Notes under the pieces: model-generated
Databases searched by the model: none
Seen by the model: only the letters and a program-made list of their open reading frames with translations
Told to the model about the DNA's origin: nothing
Part shown: in pieces, positions 52,437-58,288 of the stretch
How positions within the stretch are numbered: position 1 is the first letter of the stretch
How the letters are laid out: every line of letters begins with the position of its first letter
Position numbers and translations under genes: made by a program
Virus record (IMG/VR): IMGVR_UViG_3300045988_054519
Coordinates: 1-58,288 of that record
Direction: 5' to 3' (one strand)
From: a virus
Length of the DNA stretch: 58,288 bases

Positions 52437-52840
52437 TCAAAAAACTCCTTTCTAACATCAACTACCTTACACTTTAATTTGTAATCCCAATCATAAATCT
52501 GTGGTCTTTTACTCGGACAGCAGATAAACTCTCTACAGATTCTAGGCCTAACTGAATAAATCTCGCATTTTTCCTTTGGCTTATCATCATCAAGAAACGG
52601 ACAAGTCATATCCATTGTTGGTGTAGCCGTCGGATAATTATGCCTATGTTCATTGATATGATGTTTCTTGATGTACTTGCGGATTGTTGCGATTTCATCT
52701 TCTGTCATAGGAAGTAGGTCACTGCAACAATTTCCGCATTGAGTACATTCTCCGTTGCAAGTCAGGTCGTAAGTGCCGTTATTCATATCAGCCATCATCT
52801 GTTCTAAACTTGCTGATTTCATAGGCTTACTCCTGCACAA
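52433..52840 (-). CDS. YkgJ-family Cys-cluster protein
   Basis: CTQCGNCCSD ... CPFLDDD...CEIYSVRPRICREF. Confidence 0.7.
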   Translation of the reverse strand: MCRSKPMKSASLEQMMADMNNGTYDLTCNGECTQCGNCCSDLLPMTEDEIATIRKYIKKHHINEHRHNYPTATPTMDMTCPFLDDDKPKEKCEIYSVRPRICREFICCPSKRPQIYDWDYKLKCKVVDVRKEFFE

Positions 52841-53927
52841 ATGGCGTTACCGTGCTATCTTCTGTCTGCTCTTCTGTTATCTCTGTGGCGGTACCGTCAA
52901 CCATGCCCTTGCTCTCGATAAAATCAACGGAATTGGCGTTTTCTGCAATTTCATTCTGTGCAACCTGATATACTTCGTCCATTTCCATTTGTGCCTGTCT
53001 CGCCATCGGATCATAATTTTTCGGGTACTTCTTTATGGCATTATTGCACATCTTACGGATAATCATACTCTCCGGAGTATCAAGCCATGCACCACTGATA
53101 AATGGTCTTGCAATCTCACATTTGAGCATTTCATCAACAGTCTTGCAAACTCTTAAGGCTTCCAAAACTTCCTCTTTCTTTTCCTTTATTTTGGCTTTCT
53201 CTTCTGGTGTGGCATCATAACGTGTTCTTGCAACTTCCTTGTTGTACTGCTTTTTAATTCCGGTGATTACTCCGAATGTTTCATTCAACATGTTCTGCTT
53301 AACATGCGCAAGAAGATTAATCTTAACACTGTCTCTGTCAGCGGAAAGATATGTAATCATTCCGTCTTTAAGTTTAACCGGATAAACAACTCTGACTGCC
53401 TTATCCGATAAACCTTTTTCTTCCCATTCCGGCGGTGTAATTTCAAGGCCTTTATGCTTCGGTGCCACATAATAATCGCCGTCCTTTATTACCCAATATG
53501 GATATACCTGCTTGACGTCTTTACCGTAATTCACAAGAAGAGAGTCATATCCAGAACCCTCTATTCCCATTTCTACCTGCTGCTGCCATATGTCTTTACC
53601 GTCTGCGTCTTTGCCGACATTGACATTGCGTAATTGAAAATAACATTCTCTTGGATACGCGCTCGCGTTCAGCTTAAGGCTTGCGCATCGCTTAACAATG
53701 CCCCTTAAATTGCTTGTATCAAGATTAGCCATATTGACTTTTGGGTTTGTCTTCACAAGGTTGTAAATGCTTGTCATAGCTTCCATTGCGCACTCTTTGG
53801 CGTAATCATCCATATCCATTCCGCAAGCCTTGTAATCAGCCATAATTAAGCCTGTAATAGCATTACTCCATTCGCTTAATGATGTAGTAAATGCTTTCTT
53901 TTCTGCGACTGCTGTGTTCTCTGCCAT
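52827..53927 (-). CDS. RecT-like single-strand annealing protein (tentative)
   Basis: 366 aa, between the SMC-like ATPase/DUF gene and the MBL nuclease. CASLKLNASAYPRECYFQLRN block resembles the RecT core. Confidence 0.5.
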   Translation of the reverse strand: MAENTAVAEKKAFTTSLSEWSNAITGLIMADYKACGMDMDDYAKECAMEAMTSIYNLVKTNPKVNMANLDTSNLRGIVKRCASLKLNASAYPRECYFQLRNVNVGKDADGKDIWQQQVEMGIEGSGYDSLLVNYGKDVKQVYPYWVIKDGDYYVAPKHKGLEITPPEWEEKGLSDKAVRVVYPVKLKDGMITYLSADRDSVKINLLAHVKQNMLNETFGVITGIKKQYNKEVARTRYDATPEEKAKIKEKKEEVLEALRVCKTVDEMLKCEIARPFISGAWLDTPESMIIRKMCNNAIKKYPKNYDPMARQAQMEMDEVYQVAQNEIAENANSVDFIESKGMVDGTATEITEEQTEDSTVTPFVQE

Positions 53928-53929
53928 AA

Positions 53930-54469
53930 TTATTCCTCACTTTCTTCAAACTCTTTCAACTGTTCCGCTAACTTCTTGCACTCTTCTGCTACATATTCCT
54001 CTGTACGGATTATCAACCCATCAATGTGAAATTTATTTTCAATCTCCATTTGTATAAAAAGACTTTTTCTATAATTAGGAAATCTCTCATAAGCAAGTTC
54101 AAGTTCTCTTGCATCGTTACAATGTGCACAGTCAAAACCAAACCACCATAAATCACTTTCAATCGGATAACTTGATTTTTTACCGCCATCTGCAAAGGTA
54201 ATACCGCCGTGGCATGAAAAATATGCTTCAATTCGTATTCTTTCGTCTTTATCAAGGCAAGCTCTAAGCAAAGGAAAAATACCGCTTATTTTTCGGTCTC
54301 CGACATCTGCTTTCTTAATTTCAAGATAGTTTGAATACCCTTTACCATATAAAGGGTGGTTTTTAGGAATGCCTACATATCCGCACCTATGCCCCATCAT
54401 ATTGAATGTAACGACACATTTATATCCTGCGTGTTCAAACTCTTGTTCTACAATATATCTATCATTCAC
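53930..54469 (-). CDS. Hypothetical conserved phage protein
   Basis: HRCGYVGIP..HGGITF..WWFGFDCAHCND blocks. Confidence 0.5.
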   Translation of the reverse strand: MNDRYIVEQEFEHAGYKCVVTFNMMGHRCGYVGIPKNHPLYGKGYSNYLEIKKADVGDRKISGIFPLLRACLDKDERIRIEAYFSCHGGITFADGGKKSSYPIESDLWWFGFDCAHCNDARELELAYERFPNYRKSLFIQMEIENKFHIDGLIIRTEEYVAEECKKLAEQLKEFEESEE

Positions 54470-54474
54470 AGTGT

Positions 54475-56403
54475 TTATCCCTCCGCAATTTCTAATTTCT
54501 CACTACCGTTTACAATCAGTAATATAAGCTGTCTGCCTACTGTTTCAGCCAATTTACGGCGATTGCTTACATCAAGGCTTTCTGCGTCATCAAGCCATAT
54601 CGGGCAGATAATACCGTTGTTGCTCTGCAGTGAACGGCATATATCAATTCTTCCGAGAATGCGATTACCTTTGTTACTCATAGTCGATAATATTGACTTG
54701 CCGTCTACCATAGGCGCACACACATTCTTGTACTCTCCGCCCTTGCTAAGTTCCCAAAGTTTCCACTTAACGATGCCAAAATGACTGTCGATTTCGTCTG
54801 ACAGTTCTTCATTCTTGCACTTGTCGAGTTCCTTGATAAGCTTAAGTATCTTCTCGGCGTCAGTCTGCATCTGGTCTTTGACCTTGTACTGTCTTTCAAG
54901 TTCCGCAAGTCTTTCGGTATCGGCAGCCGTGTCAAGTTTGGCTATTTCGCTCTTAATGTCTATCAGCTGACTGTTTAGTGTGATTTCCTCTGCCTTAAGG
55001 TTCGCCCTTACATCAGACATTGAACTTGATGCCTTAAGAAGTGTTTCTTTCTTCTCAATATCTGCCTGCAATGCCTTGTATGTGTCATTATCGCTGACAT
55101 CTGCATTATCCGGTATCGCATTAAGGCTTTCCGTAAGATTTACAATTTCATCCCTAAGATTGTTAGCGGTTACCGCCATTTCTTCAATCTTTCTGCGGTA
55201 TTCCTCGATTTCAGCGGTCGTGCTCTCAATCTCGGCTTTGATTGCCATTCCGGCATCCGTTATTCTCTTTAACTCTTCTGCCTTGTGCGTGTCGAAATCG
55301 GCTCGCATTTCCTCTTTTTTGCTCTCGTCATACTCTCGCTTACAATAAGGACAAACAAGGCTGTTTTCGTCAAATTTGCGGTCGTTTGCCTGCTGCCATT
55401 CTTCCACTTTCGCGTTGCGAATACGGTTCTTGTACTCAACATTTGCTGTAAGGCTATCAATCTTTCTCTGCATTGAAATGCACTCATTCTGAATGTCAGA
55501 TAATTCCGACTTTACATCACTAATCGCCTGCTTTAACGTGTCACGTTTCGCAATAAGTCCAATATTGGCGATTCCCTCTATCTCATTCTGCTTGAATTTC
55601 AGTTCAAGAATACCGTCTGATAACGTCTGATATTCAGATGACAGCTTGTCATTTTCGGCTTTTGCGTCTGCGACAGTCTTTAATCTGTCCTCGACTTCTT
55701 TCTGTCTTGTCAACAGTTCGCCTTTATCCGTGGCGTTTTTAGTCTGAATATCTCTTTCTTTCTCCGAAATCTGCCCTTTAAGGACCGGAAGTTCCGCTTT
55801 GATGTCCGCTACAGCTTTCTTATTCAAGGCAATTACTTCATCGCGTGTGTACTTGCTGAGCAACGGAAGTAACTCCGCCAACTCTTCGTGCGCCAATGCG
55901 ATGTCGTAGTCTGTCTTGTTTTCAGCAAGTGTAAAGAGATATTCTCTCATTTCTGCCGGCTTTTTTGCTAAAAATGCGTTGACGTTACTGCACATCTTGA
56001 ATATGTTCATATCAATGTCAAAGTATTCATTGTACGCGGTAAGCGTCTTGGCAACCTCATTTATATAGTAGACATTATCATCTTTATAAGATGTGCCGTC
56101 CTTGCTGTATTTTCTCTTCTGAACCTTGCGTACAGCTACTTCCTTGCCGTCAATCTCGACTACGGCGGAAACGGAGGTATCAATGTCATCAATGCTTACT
56201 CCGTCAACCTCGCGCCTTATCGGTGGATTGTCTTTCAGTTCATAATCACAGTTAAAAAACAGCCAATTATAAGCGGTTACAACTGTTGACTTGCCGACAC
56301 CATTCATTCCGGACAGTGATGTCAATTTGCCGAATGTAAATGTTTTCTCTGCATACGCCATAAAGTTAGTTACCGTAAGGCTTTTTATAATCATTTCACG
56401 CAT
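54475..56403 (-). CDS. SMC/Rad50/SbcC-like AAA ATPase
   Basis: Walker A GMNGVGKST, about 400-aa coiled coil, C-terminal IWLDDAESLD. Confidence 0.8.
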   Translation of the reverse strand: MREMIIKSLTVTNFMAYAEKTFTFGKLTSLSGMNGVGKSTVVTAYNWLFFNCDYELKDNPPIRREVDGVSIDDIDTSVSAVVEIDGKEVAVRKVQKRKYSKDGTSYKDDNVYYINEVAKTLTAYNEYFDIDMNIFKMCSNVNAFLAKKPAEMREYLFTLAENKTDYDIALAHEELAELLPLLSKYTRDEVIALNKKAVADIKAELPVLKGQISEKERDIQTKNATDKGELLTRQKEVEDRLKTVADAKAENDKLSSEYQTLSDGILELKFKQNEIEGIANIGLIAKRDTLKQAISDVKSELSDIQNECISMQRKIDSLTANVEYKNRIRNAKVEEWQQANDRKFDENSLVCPYCKREYDESKKEEMRADFDTHKAEELKRITDAGMAIKAEIESTTAEIEEYRRKIEEMAVTANNLRDEIVNLTESLNAIPDNADVSDNDTYKALQADIEKKETLLKASSSMSDVRANLKAEEITLNSQLIDIKSEIAKLDTAADTERLAELERQYKVKDQMQTDAEKILKLIKELDKCKNEELSDEIDSHFGIVKWKLWELSKGGEYKNVCAPMVDGKSILSTMSNKGNRILGRIDICRSLQSNNGIICPIWLDDAESLDVSNRRKLAETVGRQLILLIVNGSEKLEIAEG

Positions 56404-56642
56404 TCCGCTGTCTCTCCTTTCTCTTCTGATAATTTCTGATCCATTTCGTATAAAAGTCTGTTTCCTTTCGGTCTGTCGAGAATTGCCAATAACTCCGGTA
56501 TGGTTATGTACTTATTCCTATCTATAAGAGTTATAAGCACGTCAACCCTCGCCGCGGTGTTTATGAGTTCCTCGTAGTACCATTTGTCGAGAATAACGTG
56601 ATTTTCGTCCGATACAAGGACAGTTTTGTCTGATTTTGCCAT
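56391..56642 (-). CDS. Hypothetical protein
   Basis: ATG 56642 follows AAAGGAG. Confidence 0.5.
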   Translation of the reverse strand: MAKSDKTVLVSDENHVILDKWYYEELINTAARVDVLITLIDRNKYITIPELLAILDRPKGNRLLYEMDQKLSEEKGETAECVK

Positions 56643-56655
56643 ATGTGTCTCCTTT

Positions 56656-57225
56656 CTATAACATATATATTCCCGATACCGATATTTCATATACGGTATG
56701 TTCGGTTCCGTCTTTTTCGTATACCCGGCTCTGAAATCTGCCGGTTATCCTTATTTTCTGCTCTGCTCCGCAATTCGCTATGCGGTATGCGTTTCGCCCC
56801 CAGGCGATTGCCGGAATGTAATTCACGGCGCCGTTACCATCGCGATTTACGATTGAAAAATCAATAACGGTTCTGTTTGTTAGCGGTGTACGTCTCGGCT
56901 CTTGTGGGTACTTAATCAGTCCGTCAAATTCAACGTGGTTGTAATCGCCCATATCAGGCTCTTCATAGACCTTTTGAGCAAATATATAAACTTCAAGGTG
57001 TCTGTCCTTGCTGTAGTAGGTTCTGGCCTCTCCGTCAAAATGCACTTTCTGGCCTTTGCGTATCTTCTGCGCGAATATCTCCGGAACAATGCAAGGAACT
57101 TCATCATATGCCCCACTCATTCGGGCAACCTCGATAAGCACCTTATAGAATTTTTCGCCTACCGTAGTATGTGAGTATTCCGGCTCGGCGATTACGGTTC
57201 CGCTTATCTTTGCTACATTTCCCAT
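56656..57225 (-). CDS. OB-fold SSB-like protein (two OB-like halves)
   Basis: ISGTVIAEPEYSH..GEKFYKVLIEV....VPCIV... and a second half ending KIRITGRFQSRVYEKDG. Confidence 0.5.
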   Translation of the reverse strand: MGNVAKISGTVIAEPEYSHTTVGEKFYKVLIEVARMSGAYDEVPCIVPEIFAQKIRKGQKVHFDGEARTYYSKDRHLEVYIFAQKVYEEPDMGDYNHVEFDGLIKYPQEPRRTPLTNRTVIDFSIVNRDGNGAVNYIPAIAWGRNAYRIANCGAEQKIRITGRFQSRVYEKDGTEHTVYEISVSGIYML

Positions 57226-57548
57226 TCCTTATCCTCCTTAAGTATGCTAATTGCCACATTCTGTACGAATGTCACGTTCGTAATAGGATGAAATCCTACA
57301 TACCGTTTGAATACTGCGCCCTCGTCATCAACGCATTTGAGCGCATCTCTAACGCGTTTGGCAAGGGTATCTGTCTTTATCTCTGATATTCCTGCTACTC
57401 TTTGAGCAACCTCGTTTATTCCTATCGCCCCTTTGTAGCACACGACTTCTTCTATTTCACTTGTCAATATTCTAAAACCGGGCATTTCCTCCGGTATTCC
57501 CATTTTCTTAAGTATGTTTTCTATTCGACTTCTCATTTTGACTTGCAA
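57213..57548 (-). CDS. Spo0A C-terminal-domain-like DNA-binding protein
   Basis: RIENILKKMGIPEEMPGFRILTSEIEEVV ... TDTLAKRVRDALKCV parallels Spo0A_C ([21 protein letters not shown] ... ASRVERAIRHAIEVAW). Confidence 0.55.
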   Translation of the reverse strand: MQVKMRSRIENILKKMGIPEEMPGFRILTSEIEEVVCYKGAIGINEVAQRVAGISEIKTDTLAKRVRDALKCVDDEGAVFKRYVGFHPITNVTFVQNVAISILKEDKEWEM

Positions 57549-57633
57549 TTCTCCTTTCTGTGTGATAACATAAGAAATGGGTTTTACCGACCCTTTCTTA
57601 TTTGATTTGATAAGGCTTGTGACTTAATTGTTG

Positions 57634-57765
57634 CAAGCCTTATCGTTTACTGCTTTGGTAATCATTCCGTCCTCAATTACGAAACTTAATCCGATTGCAT
57701 TATTGATAACCGTTAAGTCGCTAATTGACATTTGATTAAAGTCTGTAATAATCATTGCAGTTCTC
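57634..57765 (-). CDS. Small hypothetical protein (43 aa)
   Basis: ATG 57765 follows GAAAGGAGAA. My translation: MIITDFNQMSISDLTVINNAIGLSFVIEDGMITKAVNDKACNN. Confidence 0.4.
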
Positions 57766-57769
57766 CTTT

Positions 57770-58288
57770 CTATTCTTCTTCATTCCATTCCACAATTTCG
57801 CCATTCTTCATCGTGTACCATGTATTAGGTTTGATGTCCTTACCGTCAACCTGCACCATTTTCGCGCCTTTGAGTTCCCAATATTCTGGTTTCCAATACT
57901 GGCTGTCATCGCCTTCCCAATCCGCCAATACAAGGTGAGAACCTAAAACGCCTTTAGCTCTACCGCGATAGCCCCATGCGACAGCCACGGCATCTTTGTG
58001 ATCAGCTGACGATGCGCCTTTATATCCGGTGGCTGACGATGCGCCACAAGAACCGGTGGCTGACGATGCGCCGTAAGAACCGGTGGCTGACGATGCGCCG
58101 TAATATCCGGTGGCTGACGATGCGCCGTAATATCCGGTGGCTGACGATGCGCCTTTATATCCGGTGGCTGACGATGCGCCGTAATCTCCGGTGGCTGACG
58201 ATGCGCCGTAAGAACCGGTGGCTGACGATGCGCCGTAATATCCGGTGGCTGACGATGCGCCTTTATATCCGGTGGCTGACGATGCGCC
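57770..58288 (-). CDS. DUF7666-like tandem-repeat protein, repeat and C-terminal part (continuation of 535..1)
   Basis: The frame G(x)YGASSAT continues into ..GASSADHKDAVAVAWGYRGRAKGVLGSHLVLADWEGDDSQYWKPEYWELKGAKMVQVDGKDIKPNTWYTMKNGEIVEWNEEE*. Confidence 0.7.
   Translation of the reverse strand, partial: GASSATGYKGASSATGYYGASSATGSYGASSATGDYGASSATGYKGASSATGYYGASSATGYYGASSATGSYGASSATGSCGASSATGYKGASSADHKDAVAVAWGYRGRAKGVLGSHLVLADWEGDDSQYWKPEYWELKGAKMVQVDGKDIKPNTWYTMKNGEIVEWNEEE
58003..58288. repeat. 27-bp tandem repeat (about 10 units), the same family as 1..199
   Basis: Same unit, with variable segments tttatatcc / acaagaacc / gtaagaacc / gtaatatcc / gtaatctcc. Confidence 0.95.

Overview
The window is a complete, circularly closed (or circularly permuted) genome of a temperate siphovirus-like phage of a spore-forming Firmicute (about 58.2 kb). 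The first and last 31 nt are identical, and one gene reads across the window ends. Nearly all genes are on the minus strand. Reading the minus strand from the CI/Cro switch at 1.9-2.6 kb, the order is: early operon (cro, antirepressor, SleB-like hydrolase, DUF7666-like repeat protein wrapping 535->1/58288->57770); recombination and replication module (57.7->41 kb: Spo0A_C-like, SSB-like, SMC-like ATPase, RecT-like, MBL nuclease, SSB, split PAPS-reductase, replisome organizer, decayed C5-methyltransferase, small serine recombinase); large serine integrase (40.8-39.4 kb); accessory cargo (39.3-34.5 kb: Gly/Asn/Cys-rich and BclA/C1q-like proteins, an orphan cas5-like moron); a small plus-strand island with its own promoters (31.4-32.9 kb); terS (30.2 kb); a 5.9-kb insertion (tRNAs, about 1 kb of ORF-free structured RNA, 14 small mostly Cys-rich ORFs); then terL, portal, capsid, connector, tail, tape measure, tail tip and M23 lysin (23.6->3.8 kb). 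The most interesting items are: (1) the tRNA-bracketed candidate giant ncRNA locus with aberrant tRNA-like elements; (2) a solitary cas5-like gene with its own promoter; (3) an Acr/Aca-like promoter and HTH hub driving acidic paralogs; (4) a (TCTG)12 microsatellite that splits a PP-loop/PAPS-reductase gene, a likely phase-variable switch; (5) sporulation-themed cargo. All functional calls come from motif recognition by eye and need profile searches to confirm.
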